Shown here in pieces: positions 1-14,067 of a stretch of DNA of 64,000 bases (positions are counted from its first letter, which is position 1; each line of letters starts with the position of its first letter). Origin of the DNA: Lama guanicoe (Eukaryota); NCBI GenBank assembly GCA_013239625.1, contig MU054220.1, forward strand, positions 62,001 to 126,000, in the 5' to 3' direction. A model generated the notes under the pieces. The model worked only from the letters and a program-made list of their open reading frames with translations. It was not told the DNA's origin and did no database searches. Position numbers and translations under genes: made by a program.

Positions 1-1458
1 TCTAATTAGAATAATTGTTTTGTGGTCCTCGGTTACAGTAAGAAGACTGTACATGCGTCCCTGCTTCATATGTTCTTTTTCCTGTCCTCATTTCTACCAG
101 GTGAATGGTGAATGAAAGGTTGAAGGAAAAACTCCTGTTTATCCTTCAAGGCCTATCAAAATCCCACCTTTCCTGTAAAGATCTCCCTTACTTCCAATTC
201 CCATGCTCTGTTACCTACCAGTTTTCATTTTTGCATTCTGGAAACATTTTATGCATAAATTATTTGCACATCATTTGTGGTTTCCATCTGTTTCCATATT
301 TGTATTTTGGAGAGACTATAGACTCCATTGTAGAAACCATGACTTTTTTATTCATTTCCTAATGTAGCCCCTTCTAGATGCTTGGTAATGGAGAATTAAA
401 GATTACTTTTGGTAATAAAATTTCAATTTATTTCTCCTGCTCATAATTAATGTTCTTTAGTTATCTCAAATATATTAAGGGATGTAGTGATGACAGTTTT
501 AAGGTGCTCACTTCTCATTCTGGGTAAAATGACTAGCTTTTGCAAAAATGAAAACAGTCTAGACATAGTTCACAATCAATTAAGTGCTTGACTTGTCCAA
601 ATGATTGAATAGATTCTATCTTAGAGATCACAAATTTTTACTCCAGACTAATAAAATGTATATCATAGAAGAGCACCTACCTATACAGCTGAAATAAAAT
701 TAGAAGAAACACTCTTTACCCTCGTTTCTAAAATGCCACCCAAAAAGTTTTATTTTAAAATCTATTCTATTCTAGTTGATTTTTAAAAATTCAGATTTTT
801 GTCACAATTTTTAAAAACAATCTTCAAAACTACCTGGGTAGAAGGTGTTCCTATTTCTTCTCCAGGTGGGTTTGTGCAGCAGCAAACGGCGGGGTTTTAT
901 CAATGACCTACCCCAAGGGATCTTACTGAGGGTCTGACATAAGATCATCAGGAAAGTTGCAGACCACACCCCAGAGGGAGCCCACGACCTGCTGGAGATC
1001 AATTAGCATCGTTCTCGTGTTTGAGGAACCTCACAACTACAGCTCTGCCTTTAGTATGACATTATTGCCTTAGCATCCCCTCATTTTTGAGCTGCTATCA
1101 TTTACTGATTGCTGTCTTAATTGTTCATAATATTTTTGCTCAACAACAGGATTTAAGTCTATCCTTGAAAAAGATAAGAAACTTTCCAACAGCATATCTT
1201 TCAAAGAACTAAATATCTAACTCTTCCAAGGATCTGTTTCTGAACATGTTGAGACATGACCCTCTTTGGCTTACTCTTTGAAATGCTCATGAAATATTCA
1301 TTTCCTCTTCCAGGTTATCTCTATCCATTATTCCTTAATTTCCTTGGTGAGCTCTTCTAGAGAGCACTCTTCCAGATTGATTTCTTAGCCAATCTGTGTC
1401 CATAGCAAGGGGGTGCAGAAAGAATTTTATTTTAAAACTTATTTAGAAACAATGCATC

Positions 1459-1906
1459 TGCTATGAACTCAACTGTGTCCTCCCAAAATTCACAGGCTGA
1501 AGCCCTCCCTTCCACTGTGATGGTGTCTGCAGATGGGCCTTTGGATACCTCCCAGAGGAGGCTAGGGTTAGATGAGGTCATGAGAATGGGGCCTTCATAA
1601 TGGAATTAGCGTCCTTATAAGGATAAACACTAGTGTTCCCTCTCTCTCTCTCTCTCATTCTATACTCCCCTCCTAACCCCCCACCCCTACCACGTGCACT
1701 CACACAGAAGCACTCATATGAGTACACAGTCAGGTAGCAGCCATCTACAATCCAGGAAGAGAGTGCCTACAAATAACCAAATTGTCCAGAATCCTGATCT
1801 TGGACTTTCCTGCCTCCAGAACCATGAGAAAATAAATTTCTGTTGGTAAAGCCTCCCAGTTTTTAAAAACAGTATTTTGTTATGGCAGCTCAAACTAACA
1901 AAAACA
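1459..1906 (+). mobile_element. ERVL-MaLR solo LTR (MLT1A-like)
   Basis: TG...CA ends, a perfect 5-bp TSD GCATC (1454-1458 and 1907-1911), and the typical tail cctccagaaccatgagaaaataaatttctg...ttgttatggcagc. Confidence 0.9.
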
Positions 1907-4900
1907 GCATCTTTAAAGAAACAAAATAATCCTCAGTACTGAAAAGGGTTTTATTGGGTTGGTGAGGGGAGGGGTAGGAAAAGAATTATGGAATTTTTTT
2001 CTTTTTCCAATGTAGTACATTTTCTGTTGTCTTCTCAGTAATTGAGGGGGTCCCGCATTTAATTGAAGGTGCACCAAATACTTCAGATATATCTCTGAGA
2101 GCTTTCAAATAGACAGAAGGTGAAAAGCACAGATTAACTTATATGTAGTGAACTAAAAGGCATAAGTGAAAGGAGGATCAGTAAGGCATTTGATGCAAAC
2201 CCTGGGGTCCAAAACAAGGGGAAGTTTGCATCTCTAGGCATTGCGGATTTGATGATGGATAAGCAAACGATAGTGAATATGGTTTGTGAAGAAACAGCAG
2301 GGGACTTACCTGTTTCATATACTGACTTTGAATATACAATTTACTGTGTAGTTTTCTATGAAACAAATTTCCAGTGATAACAGTGGGCTTCAATATAATG
2401 GCCGTGGGAGGGTCGGTGTGTTAGTGTGTGACACTGTACATGATGCATTAACACATGTGGTTTATTGAACAGGAGGAAGCAGCAAATCCTTACATCTCAC
2501 AGCTTGGCATGATCGCAGTTTGTCAGTGTTAATCAGGATAAATATACTAGCATGAAATATGCTTAAGATATGTGAGTATTCTGTGAATATGCAGTACTTA
2601 ATGTTGTTTTAAATGGGCAAACATACTTAATACAGATGGGAAAATGCCATGGTTTTGTTTATGTCTTGCTGTAAAATGGCATGACTTGTACTTGGTACAG
2701 GGATGTTGGAAAATTAACTAAAAATCTTCTATATAAACTCATGCATACGAATAAGTTAGCTTGAATTTGAATGACAATAAAGAGCAGTTATTAGCCACAA
2801 ATTGTTAGGATTGTGTTTCTATGTTATTTCAACATGAGTTTTTTATATATCATCAGAGGCTCTTCCCAGAGAATGTTTTATCTTCTCATTTCTTAAACTT
2901 TAGGAGAAAGAGTTCAATTCAGTTGATCAAAGCTTTGGGGAGGGGACAGTATTTGACTAGGAGATGCATTCAGGGAATTTTTAAGATGAAGAAACTGTTC
3001 TGCATGTTATCTAAGTTACTTGACTCTATGCATTTTTGTCATAAAATTCATAGAACTGTTTATTACAGAGGCTAAATTGTGTATACAAATTAATAAAAGT
3101 TAAGTAGATTGTTAGCCAATACCAGTGGCTGGCAGAATGCTGGCCACACTATGGCAAATGTGTTTAATTCTGTTATCAATGTATGACATAATCACACTCA
3201 AGTGGGGAGATTTACTGACCTAAGTAACTTGGAAAATGGTGCTTTGACTAGAAAGTGTAAAATTATAGGCAAAAGAAATTGAATACAAACTTTACATTCT
3301 AGTTTGTAAATTTGTTTCCTGGGAGGGTTCAAGTTAACTCTGAAATTACTGTACATATATGTTGAGTTTGAACAAGTAATTAAATAGCTTTTAAGTGGTA
3401 GGATCCAGGTTTCTCACTGCTGGAGAGGAACTTTACAGATAAGTATGCAATTGAAGCTAGAGTGAATTCTGTGGCCCTGGGTTAGGTTAGGAGTGATATC
3501 AGAATAAATTCACATTTATCCTTACATATATATACACACAGTGTTCTCTTCAACTCTCCCCTGGAAAACATTCCTCAACATTGTGTTTTTCACTTGTATA
3601 AAGAAAGTTTGGGAGTCTCCCCAACCCCCCACCCAGCAGATCTTTATGTGAAAACCCAGGAGAAGCTGAAAGTTGTTATAGCATCTCCAGTGAGAAAGTA
3701 CCATTGGGACTCATTTATTTCACGTTCCTTTCTGAGTTGTCACAAGAGAGTGATCGGTGAGAACTTGGGAATTGAGCCTCTATAAATAAACTAAATGTGT
3801 TAATACAGTTATTTAGAAACTTCTTTGTATTGGGAATAAATTATGACAAAAATTATGACAAATGGGGCTCAGAGAAACCTTGGATTCCCAAACATGTCTT
3901 TAAAATTAACCTCATTTCAATAACATATTTTTAATCAGAACTTCACAGCAGTTTTCACAATTTCATGTTTTCCCTACCAGCATTATTAAAGAAAATTTAT
4001 CCTTAACAGTTTGAAAAGAATAACATTTTCTAACCATTGTTGGCTGTCCAGATTTCAAATTTTCCAAGAGACAAAATTTATTTTTTTAATCTTAGATTTT
4101 ACAATTTTCAGCCCATAGTGGACTCATAATCCTCATGAGTGATACTACACTTAATGAAATTTACAATTGCTGGTACAAATGGACATGAATGTTATAAGGA
4201 ATGGAGGAGATTTAGTTATGGTTCAGGAGTAACAGCTGGTGAGAGAGATTTCCCTTGGCAAAGTAGAATTTCTAGGATGCCTATGAGAAACTGAAAACCA
4301 GAAAATTACTGAACAGCATGGGATCATAGATCATACTGAATCCCAGCGTTTTCAGACAGTGCTTTAAAAATAAGCTGGTTTTGTGGTGAAGACTCAAGTG
4401 GTTTCTGAGTCATCTGAAGTCAGCTGTGTAGAAAATGTGTTAAGAAGAACAACTGGACAGAGATTTGTGTCTATCACCTCATTCTCCCAGAGTAATGGTA
4501 GCCTTTAGTGGTCATTGCTATTAACATTAAGAATTCGTTTTTGAGCAAAATAATTCTGTAAAAAAATTAAAGCCATATACCTAACACAATCCCATTATTT
4601 TACCAATGAGAAAATGCACACCTTAAAAGGGAAACAGTAAATTTCCAAAAGTAATTCAGCTAGTGGTTCTATCTTAAGTCAAGTCCATACCTCCCAACAT
4701 CCACATCTATTCATTTGTCTTCCTTCTCCCTCGGAAAAGGGACCCAGAATTGTGTGACCAAGAGCGAACTAGGTCTGATTAGATATTCAAAAGAATTCTT
4801 CAGACTTCTATTTTCCAAGTTTCGTGTTTTAAACTTCTAAGCCAATTTTGTGATAGGAAGAGGTGCTGAAAGTAAGATTCAGCAGGCTAAGAAAGGTTAA

Positions 4901-5289
4901 TGAATGCCAAACTATTTTAATGTTTTAAAATATATGTTTATCATCAAAATAACATTGCTTGCTGGAAGATTACACAAATAATGTATTGCATAGAAATTAT
5001 AATACCATCTTAAGTTGAGTTCACCCGAAAGGAGACACTGAGTCAATGATTTGTGTAAATGTGATTTATTAGGAATTGTACCCAAAATAGTTATTGGGAT
5101 GAGAGGTGGGACCTAAAAAAAGAAGTAATCCAAGCCATGTTGTAGAGTCAACATCCTATGATAGAAATTTAGGTCAGATTCCATGGAAGAGTTCTAGACA
5201 AAGGGTGAATCAAACTTCAGAATTGCTAAGAGTGAGCAAAGGAGATTGAGTATTTATAGCTGACTCTTATACAACTCCTAAACCATAAA

Positions 5290-5463
5290 TGTATGAGTTA
5301 ATCTCCGTATAACTTAGAGTTTGTCCTCCGTATCAGCAGTTCCTCTGCATTCCCCAATTCAGCCAACCACAGACCTTGTAGTACTGCTGTATTTACTACT
5401 GAAAAATATCCATATGTAAATGAACCTGTGTAGTTCAAACCTGCATTGTTCAAGGGTCCACTG
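5290..5463. mobile_element. TcMar-Tigger (Tigger2/MER8-like) terminal fragment
   Basis: Ends in gttcaaacctgcattgttcaagggtccactg|TA, a Tigger-type TIR. Similar to 25189-25413. Confidence 0.75.
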
Positions 5464-5659
5464 TATACTCCTGTGCACATATCAGTCATTGACTAAGGGC
5501 TGTCCCCCATGGGATGTAAATTTCCAGTAACTTCTGCCTGGCATGCAGGCATAACTGCTTCCTGAAGCAGTTCTCCAACAAAGAGTTGTAGGCACTGCTT
5601 CTTAAGAGGGGAAATGCACCAGGAGCTGTATACAAATATGATATAGAGGTCTTCTGAGG

Positions 5660-6255
5660 CAGCAGTTATCAAAGTGCAGTGCTGGACAAGAAGCATCAAG
5701 AAAACTTGTTGGTCTGCCAACTTGGGAGCTTCTTGGGAGAAACCTAAAACTGGCCACCTATACAAGAAGGGAAAGGAGAGACCAAAGGAAGAGGCAGGTC
5801 ATCCCAGATTGGTTGTTGGCAATTTTAATAAGCAAAGGAATGTGCATATGAGACTTGACTTCTGGTGGCCAAGAAATGAGTAGATCTCTGCATCTGCTCA
5901 CCAGAATCTTAAAAGTTTAAATAGAGGATTAACTTGGTTCACTCATGTATAACGTCCAACAATATCTTACCCTCTCAAGGCTGCCTCCTTAACAATATCT
6001 CCCACTGTGGGAATGGTGGGCAGAACAATGTACACTCCAAGGATAGGGCATGGGGGATGGTGAGGACCCTCTGATTGCCCAGATTCAGCTCAAAGGTCAA
6101 CCTGTGGTCACATCCTCTCAATGACCTCCTCCAACACTTGGGAACTGCAGTTAGCTGTTGGAAATGCAAATTCTTTGGCTCCACACCAGACCTACTGAAT
6201 CATAAACTCTGGGAGTTTGACCCAGCCATGTCTGTTTTAACAATCCCTCCAGATA
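5660..6255 (+). mobile_element. MER5A-like hAT-Charlie element interrupted by an LTR
   Basis: The 5' part (5660-5706) and the 3' part (aaatgcaaattc...cagacctactgaatcataaactctggg...ttaacaatccctccag) resemble MER5A. Confidence 0.7.
5707..6136 (-). mobile_element. ERV solo LTR nested in the MER5A-like element
   Basis: Inverted termini TGTTGG...CCAACA, about 430 bp, splitting the MER5A-like element. Confidence 0.7.
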
Positions 6256-6269
6256 AATATACTAAATAT

Positions 6270-6730
6270 TCCAATTGCAAGGCAGAAATATTCAGAGTTT
6301 ATTAAAAAGGCAAAAATCCAACTATTGGCTTTATATGAAACATAACTGATACTCAGACATAAGTAAATTGAAAGTAAAAGATTGGAAAACTATTCTGTGC
6401 AATAATAACTATAAAAGAGCTGGAATACTTATATTAAAGGAAGAAAAAATAGACTTTAAGAGGAGAAATGCTACCAGAATAAAGAAGGACATTTAATAAT
6501 AATAGTAAAAAAAAATCAGTAAATTTAACAATTATAAATTTAGGAACAACTAACAAAGTCATCCCCAAATGTATGAAATAAAAACTGACAGATGAGAAAA
6601 CATAATTCAACGGAGGATTTAACAGCACTCTTAATAATTGATGGAACACCTAAAAGGAAGACCAACAAGTCTGTGGAAGACATGAGCAACGCCATCCACC
6701 AGCTCAACCTGAATGAAATCTGTACAGTTG
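6270..6730 (+). mobile_element. Degraded L1 ORF2 endonuclease-region fragment
   Basis: A-rich, with recognisable pieces aaagtaaaagattggaaaa, aaaatagactttaag, aaagaaggacattt and ccagctcaacct. Confidence 0.75.
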
Positions 6731-6751
6731 TTAGGAAAAAATTGTTCAGGG

Positions 6752-6968
6752 CAGACTTACTCAACCTTGGCACTATTACCATTTTGGACTGAATAATGTT
6801 TTGTGAGGGACTTTCCTGTGCACTGTGGGTTATATATGCATCCAGCTTCAACCATCTAGGTAAAAAATGGTCTCCCTTTACACCATCCTGTCCTGGTGAA
6901 AATCAAGACTGTTTCCAGACATTTCCAAATATGCCCTGGGGGTAAATCATTCCACATTGAAACCACTG
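6752..6968 (+). mobile_element. MER20-like hAT-Charlie MITE
   Basis: ctcaaccttggcactattaccattttggac...tccagacatttccaaat...gaaaccactg, about 217 bp. Confidence 0.8.
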
Positions 6969-7370
6969 GTTCACAACTGTCTTTTAGTATTTAACTGGGA
7001 ATATGCTATTAAAAAACTCTTTAAAATATATCATTAAAGCACTCTTACAATCTTAAATTTGGTGTTCAAGATGTCTCAGTTTTGTCTACTCTTGTCCAGT
7101 TCCTCATTGTATAGCTATCAGATGAGATGATGAATTTTTAAAACATACACATTTTTTTAATTTGAGAAACGACATGACACAAATTCTTATGGTAATTTCT
7201 ACAAATGAATTATAATTCTAAGTCAAACTCGATTGCTAAGAATTCAGAGAATGATTTTACTTTATAGTAAAGAAATTTTTATTGAAAACCAAAGAAGATC
7301 AAGATACTCTACTAGTTTTAATAATTAAGGGGAAAAATCATTAAAGAAAGCCCACTTTTGTTTAATTAAA

Positions 7371-8330
7371 TCATTTTTGAAATGTTATGAACACAAGAGT
7401 ATGGTTTCTACTGATGATGACTCTTTTCAGGGCATTTTTCACATCCTGATTCCTGAGGCTGTAGATCAAGGGGTTCAACATAGGAATGATCACTGTATAG
7501 AAGACAGAGGCCAGTTTATCTGTGTCGAGAGAATGGTGGGAGCTTGGCTGTAAGTACATGAAGATGAGGGACCCATAGAATATGGTGACTGCCAGCATGT
7601 GGGAGCTACATGTGGAGAAGGCTTTGCGTCTCCCCTCAGCTGACCGCATCCCCAGGATGGTGGAAATAATAAACAGGTAGGAGACAAAGACAACCAGAAC
7701 AGAGGAGATGAAAGTAACACCTGCGCAGGCCAAAACCCACAGCTGTTTGGCGTGAGTGTCTGAGCACGTCAGCCTGAGGAGAGGCAGGTCATCACAGTAG
7801 AAATGGTTGATGGTGTTGGAGTGACAGTAAGAGAGGCGAAAGGTGAGGATGGTATGGAACAGTGCCATCAAAAAGCTATAGCTATAGGGGAAAGCGACGA
7901 GCTGAATGCAGATGCCTGGGGACATCACAACCGTATAGAGGAGAGGGTTACAAATGGCCACGTATCGATCGTACGCCATGGAAGCCAGTAGCAGGCACTC
8001 TGATACCATGAAGGTGAGGAAACAGCCTAATTGAGCAGCACATGCATTGAAGGAGATCACGTTCTGTTGGTACAAGAAGTTCCCCAGCATCTTGGGTGTG
8101 ATGACAGAAGCATAACAGAAATCAACCAAGGCCAGGTTGCTAAGAAAGAAGTACATTGGTGTGCGGAGTCTCGCATCCGTTCTAATGACCAGGATCAGAC
8201 CCAGGTTGCCTACTACTGTGAAGAGGTAGGTGGAGAAGAAGAGCACAAAGAGGGGCATCTTCAACTCCTGACGGTCCGTGAGGCCCACGAGAATGAACTC
8301 TGTCACCTGCGTGCAGTTGATCTGAGCCAT
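7371..8330 (-). CDS. OR8U1: Olfactory receptor 8U1-like, 319 aa, intact
   Basis: OR motifs [50 protein letters not shown]. The N-terminus [27 protein letters not shown] matches the OR8U subfamily as recalled. Confidence 0.93.
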   Translation of the reverse strand: MAQINCTQVTEFILVGLTDRQELKMPLFVLFFSTYLFTVVGNLGLILVIRTDARLRTPMYFFLSNLALVDFCYASVITPKMLGNFLYQQNVISFNACAAQLGCFLTFMVSECLLLASMAYDRYVAICNPLLYTVVMSPGICIQLVAFPYSYSFLMALFHTILTFRLSYCHSNTINHFYCDDLPLLRLTCSDTHAKQLWVLACAGVTFISSVLVVFVSYLFIISTILGMRSAEGRRKAFSTCSSHMLAVTIFYGSLIFMYLQPSSHHSLDTDKLASVFYTVIIPMLNPLIYSLRNQDVKNALKRVIISRNHTLVFITFQK

Positions 8331-8401
8331 ATCCCTTCAAGGCATCTGCTTGAGGAAGTAGAGAAAAGAGTTAAATTCAAGCTGTCATTATATAAGTGGT
8401 G

Positions 8402-8781
8402 GGTTTTTTTAAAACATTTTTTTATTGAGTAATCGTCATTTTACAATGCTGTGTCAAATTTTAGTGTAGAGCACAATTTTTCAGTTATACATGAACATGC
8501 ATATTTTCATTGTCACATTTTTTTTTCACTGTGAGCTACCACAAGATGCTGTATATATTTCCCTGTGCTATACAGTATAGTCTTGTTTATCTATTCGACA
8601 TTTTAAAATTCCAGTCTGTCCCTTCCCACCCCCGCCCCCTTGGCAACCACAAGTTTGTATTCTATGTCTATGAGTCTGTTTCTGTTTTATATTTATGTTT
8701 TGTTGTTGTTGTTTTAGATTCCACATATGAACAATCTCATATGATATTATTCTTTCTCTTTCTGGCTTACTTCACTTAGAA
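8402..8781 (-). mobile_element. Young 5'-truncated L1 (3' end), camelid-like
   Basis: 13-bp TSD TATATAAGTGGTG at 8389-8401 and 8782-8794, a T-rich start, and L1 3'UTR motifs (cccttggcaaccacaagtttg, ctggcttacttcacttag). Confidence 0.9.
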
Positions 8782-9289
8782 TATATAAGTGGTGTTTTTA
8801 TCCTTTAATATCTTGCAACGAGATTTGATGCTAATATAGAGATTGTTAACATACGGGGTTCTGGGAACGGAATGGAGAGCACGAGGAGGTAACATGTGGG
8901 AAATGCACATTTCTCTTCTCCCAAATCCATTGTCTACTCAAAGATGGGAGCTGTGGAACTGTCTGCATTTACAACTTTAACCTGACTTGCTAAAATGCTT
9001 AGCTATTGCTTTCATTGTAAAAAATGTTAACATTAATAACATAAAGGAAAACAAATCTGCAGTGGCACCTGCCTTTGATGGATCTTTTTTGTAGTGGCAG
9101 AAACATCATTTTATATTTTTTATTTTACTTTAATAATTAACCACTTAAAGGTCTTTACAGAGTGAGAAGTATCTTCATAGTTATGTTAACAATGCAAATG
9201 CTGAAAAGGGGTAAGTATGGAAGGTAAAATGAGGAGTTTACTTACTCCATTTTTTTTTAAACTAAACCTTTATGTGAAGACCATATTGC

Positions 9290-9410
9290 TTTGAGCACTT
9301 TACAGATGAAGAGGAGATTGAAACAGAAACACCCAAAATGCAGTCAGAAAGCTGGTCTGAGTACAGTTAGCTGGGTTACAAATCCACGCATTTCTGACTC
9401 AGGAGTCCAC
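9290..9410. mobile_element. MIR fragment
   Basis: tttacagatgaagag...tttctgactc resembles the MIR core. Confidence 0.5.
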
Positions 9411-12400
9411 ACCTCATTATTATGCTGTCCCTACAGTGTATCTTTTTTGTTCTATTGTGAGAAACTTAAATTATTTTCATATTTTTCTTGCTACAATAAT
9501 CCACAAACATCTTTATCTCTAGAGCATGAATTATATGATCAAAGGAAATAAAACCTGATAAAATTTTACAGTATGTTGTAATGTCAGAATTTAGAATAAT
9601 ATTGATATTGTTTCCATGCGATTTGGAAATGTACATCTCTTCATGAGGCAATTTACAAGTCTCTTTCAACTTTTTTACCTGTAATCAAAGAGACAGATTT
9701 GCATTATATTTTGATGATAATTTTTGTCTTCCTAGTTTAAGTTGAAAATCTATTTATTTTTCTTATTTATTTTGACTGGTTTTCATGACTGAATTATTGA
9801 ATATCCAAGTAAAATTAATTTTAATGAAGTGTAAAAATTGTAGAGATAAGTTCTTACTACTATGTCAAGTGAAATCTCTCTCTCTCACTCCTTTATCTTC
9901 TCTCTCTCTGCCTTTCACTCTCTTTCTTTATGTTTTTGTTTCATCTTTCTCTCACTTTTATATCTGAAAAATAGAAACAAAGCTTTCTTGAGGAACTCAT
10001 ATGAATTGTTTTATACAGTCTGAAAATTACATCAGAAATAAATATGGTAATAAAATAAGAGCTGGTATTTCTTCACATGTTCTTCAGAATTTACCAATTA
10101 CTCTTTTGTATTTGCAACTTTTATTCAAATTGTCAAAACCCGCATTATAGTTTTTTTGTTTTTTTAATAAATATGTTTATTGAGAAACACTATTAGTAAT
10201 AACCTTCAACACATACTTCTTCACCTAATTTTATCCTGAATAAGTTGTTTATCCCCTTCTGAAACTCTAATAAAGATGGAGGTTTAATGGGTAATACCAG
10301 CAACACGGAGATTTGAGATAAGAACTAGTAACTTATCAGTTCTAAATACCTAATTTGCATTTAAAATAAAAGTCAAATTTGATTTTTTAAAAAGGGAAGT
10401 GAGAAAGAGATAAAATAAAAATTTTATGGGGAGGCTCAGACCAAGACCCTTCTTAGACTACTTGCTTTCAAACTCAAACCTTCTGACCACTAACCACAGA
10501 AATAAATACCAGTTACATGATGGTTTGGAGCAAATAATATCCAGAATAACACTCTTATCGCCTGGTATGCACTTAGCTTGAATGTTCTTCTGTATTCTAC
10601 TGTCATATGTTCAGTTTTACTTTATTCAAATAATTTTGGCTTAGATTCTAAAAACTGAATTCATCATATAGTAGCAGGTACAAGCAGAGTTTCAAAAACT
10701 ACACTCTAGTCCACCACACACCATCACGATTTTCATGAAAGTAGATAAGCAACTTTTCTATAAACACCTCCCACTCTGATCTACAACCAAGACTGTACAT
10801 CCTTAACATTTGATTGTGTCTAACTGCTACTTCCTTGGGAGCCTACTTCAATTCACTCATTCCCTCATTCAATAATATATGTTGAGAACTATTAATTTCC
10901 AGACACTATGTAGAGTCTGAAGAAAGAGCAGTGAAAGAGCAGACAATAGACTAGATTGGAGAGAAAGCTTTATCCACCTTCTCTTGACTTCTTGCTGTCT
11001 TTTTCTCTCAGTCATTTTTCTGCACTTCCAAAACACAAAACACTCACATTTGTACATAGAAATCATTTTACTACATATTAAAAATAAAGTGTGAATTATA
11101 TTTAAAAGCATATGTAACTTTTCATAATCTTGTCCTTGAATATTTTTATAGTTCCAATTCCATTCAACTCTCCCAACCAGCAATGGCTATCCATTGGTTC
11201 AATTAATGTAATTGGTCTCTTATTGTCAACAACACCCTTCCATGCTTCTCCTCTGTCTGTGCCATGCCTAATCCTCTCCTCTACAAGAAAAATGAATAGT
11301 TAAGGGGAAAACTATTTCTCCTTTAAGGTCTGTTGAATTATCACCTCTTCTTTGAAGTTACTCCCCAAGTTGAGTTAACATATATCATATTTGTGTTCTA
11401 GAATCACTTTAGATATACCTCATTTATATTTCCTCTCACATTTATGACAATCATCTGTTTCCATGCCTTTTCCCCTGATAGACATTAAACACTTTATGGT
11501 TGACTACCTCACTGCTTTTGTTTTTGTTTTTAATATTTAATAAAGTATCTTCTAAATGTTAGGAAATGGGGAAATAAAGATTAAGTTTGGATTAATTAAT
11601 TTAAGATTAATACTGAAATTATAATATTTGACTATTTCTTCCTCTTATTCCTAAGCTGTATTCTTTGCTTTGGAAGATACCTCTAGGAACAAAGTGATGC
11701 CCTTTGTCTAAAATACTCCCCTCTAAGCCTGAGTAAAATCTTATCTATTGTAAATATAGAAAGCACAGTTTTGACATAGCTTGTAATCTGATCAATCACA
11801 ACCATTTTTTAAAAAATTTTATCATAAGATTCTAAACTGGAATTTTTATTTTTTTTAATTTTAAACATATATATAAAAGAGTAATGTAAGTCATTATATA
11901 AATTTTCCATTTGAATGCATTAAAACATGTTGATCAGTTGCCTATTATGTATTAAGTATCTTTCTGGGTTTTGAGATGACAACAAATAAAGGTCAAAGCT
12001 CAGCCATCAGAAGCTTAGCATGTAAAGAGAGGAATCAATCAGATTTAGACTAGTGAGTTATAATAATCTGATAGAGTTAAAAGCTGGGTATCAAACAAAC
12101 ATGAAAGGAGTTCTTGGAACTAGAAGACTTTGAGGAGGGAACGGTTGTGGAAAGATTTCCTTGGGTAAGCATTATCAAAACTATGTGAAAAGATTTAAGA
12201 CAAAGAAAGTTTTAAGCAGATAATATGCAAAAATCTAGAGTTAAGTACATATATAATTTCTACAAATTCTAAATAAATGACTACATCATACTTGTTCAAC
12301 CTTACCTTCTAGACCTGGTTCTGACTTTCATTAGATACATGAGCTTGGGAAATTCACTTGAACATTCTGAAGCTCAGTTTATTCATCTGTATTTATATTT

Positions 12401-13576
12401 TAAAAAGCCATTCAACTAGATTATCTCTTCTTTCCCTTCTAGTCCTTTAGTTGGTTTTGTTCACATCAAACCTGGATGCTCTTGAAACTTTCACCAAAAC
12501 TAATATAAAATCAGACAAAAAACACTGTTTATTTTACAAAACGTACTCCAAACATTTTTTTTTAATTCTAGTCCATTGTATTATACTCTTTAATTTTTCA
12601 AATTCTTATCTTGAGCTATTGTAGTGATGATTTTACACCTCAGTGAGTCAAAGCTCACCATTTTGAAATACACTTTTCTAACCTACCTGGGGAAGAGTAG
12701 GTTACTAGTTCTCCTGCTAATGGTTTAGATGGAAGTTGATTGCATGGTTTTGCCAGTGTCTCTGTCCCAGTGGATTTTACCTCAGAGCATGATGCGAGGA
12801 AGATTATCAGAAAAATTACAGTCCATGTTCCACTGGGATGCCAAGGCAGGCTGAAGATTTATTGATGTGATTCCCTATCTTTGAAGAACTGAGTATCTAT
12901 AGCTCTGCTTTCAGTATAGTATTATTGTTCTAAGATTCTCTTCTCCAAATGTTATCATTAGTTTATTTTTAAAATGATTTTTTCATTGGAGTTTATTAGC
13001 ATCAGTCTTTGAGTTTGGCTTTTAAATTAGGTAGGAATATTCATTTAAAACTTCTTACAAATAACTTCTTATGAAATATGTATCCAGTTCCTCCAAGGAT
13101 CTACCCTTCAATACTGCATGCACAAGACATTTAGTAAAAGCTCTGGGCATTAGTGTACATCATAATCACTCTGAACTATATGATGAACAAGAAGTACATT
13201 GTCCATGGGAAAGAAGGGAAGAGTTGTGTGTTTTATATACTGGTTATGAATGTAGAAATTTCCCCTTCATTTTCTATTAAATAAATATTTAACTATGAAA
13301 AACTAGACTGCACTATAATAAAGAGGGGGTAAAATTTTTATTTCTTTTTCATGTTGTATAAACAGGGCACTTTAACTCAAAGACAAAAATATAAAAATCA
13401 CTTTTGATTACCAGTGTAAGAGGGTACTCCTCATTTCCTTTAATAAATACTATTTTTACAAGATTACCCTTTTCTGTTTACAAATGAATGGAGTCTACAC
13501 ACTTATAGCTATAGTAAATTCACAGTGCAGTTACTATAGGCATTTTCTTTCTTTCTTTCTTTTTTTTTTTTTTTGA

Positions 13577-14067
13577 TGTGACAGAATGAAAAATACTGCA
13601 AGCCGTATTAGTAAATAAAGGATGCTGTGGCCATCAAGTCATCAGCCTCTAGCACTAACTCAGTATATGAACAATCAGGCAGCCTGGCCTCTGCAACCAT
13701 ACCCTATTGAGGGGACACAGAATGTGAATGGCCAGGATACAGGCCCTAGAGAGCTAGATGCTTGTCAAAGGAATAACTTCAATGAGCAGAGACACTTGTT
13801 CCCTTCCATACATAGAAAAGCACTAAAATCTTTAACTTGTGATGTCTGGTTTTCTTTAGGTAACAGTCATCTTTTAATGTTCCAACTACCTGGTCTTTGT
13901 TGCAAAACTCCTATATGTCCTGGCTCCTCCCCTACCTCTTCGGAGCAGTCCCTCAGAGCCATCTGAGAGGCTGTCATCTGGGCTCAAAGGGGTTCAAGTC
14001 CTCAGAAATGTCCACCGAGTAAACCATAACTCTCAACTTTTAGGTTGTGCATTTATTTCAGTCGACA
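13577..14067 (+). mobile_element. ERV1-type solo LTR
   Basis: TG...CA, about 490 bp, ending ctcaacttttaggttgtgc...cagtcgaca. Its reverse complement aligns to 58411-58901. Confidence 0.8.

Noticed and set aside
850..1050. Exon-like GC-richer patch after a good acceptor (ttcttctccag)
   Set aside because: All three + frames stop early and no translation is recognisable. It may be a non-coding exon, but I cannot support that.
7490..8432. Overlapping or antisense ORFs on OR genes (also 23163, 23566, 28308, 51622, 62130)
   Set aside because: These are shadow frames of OR coding sequence with no independent protein features.
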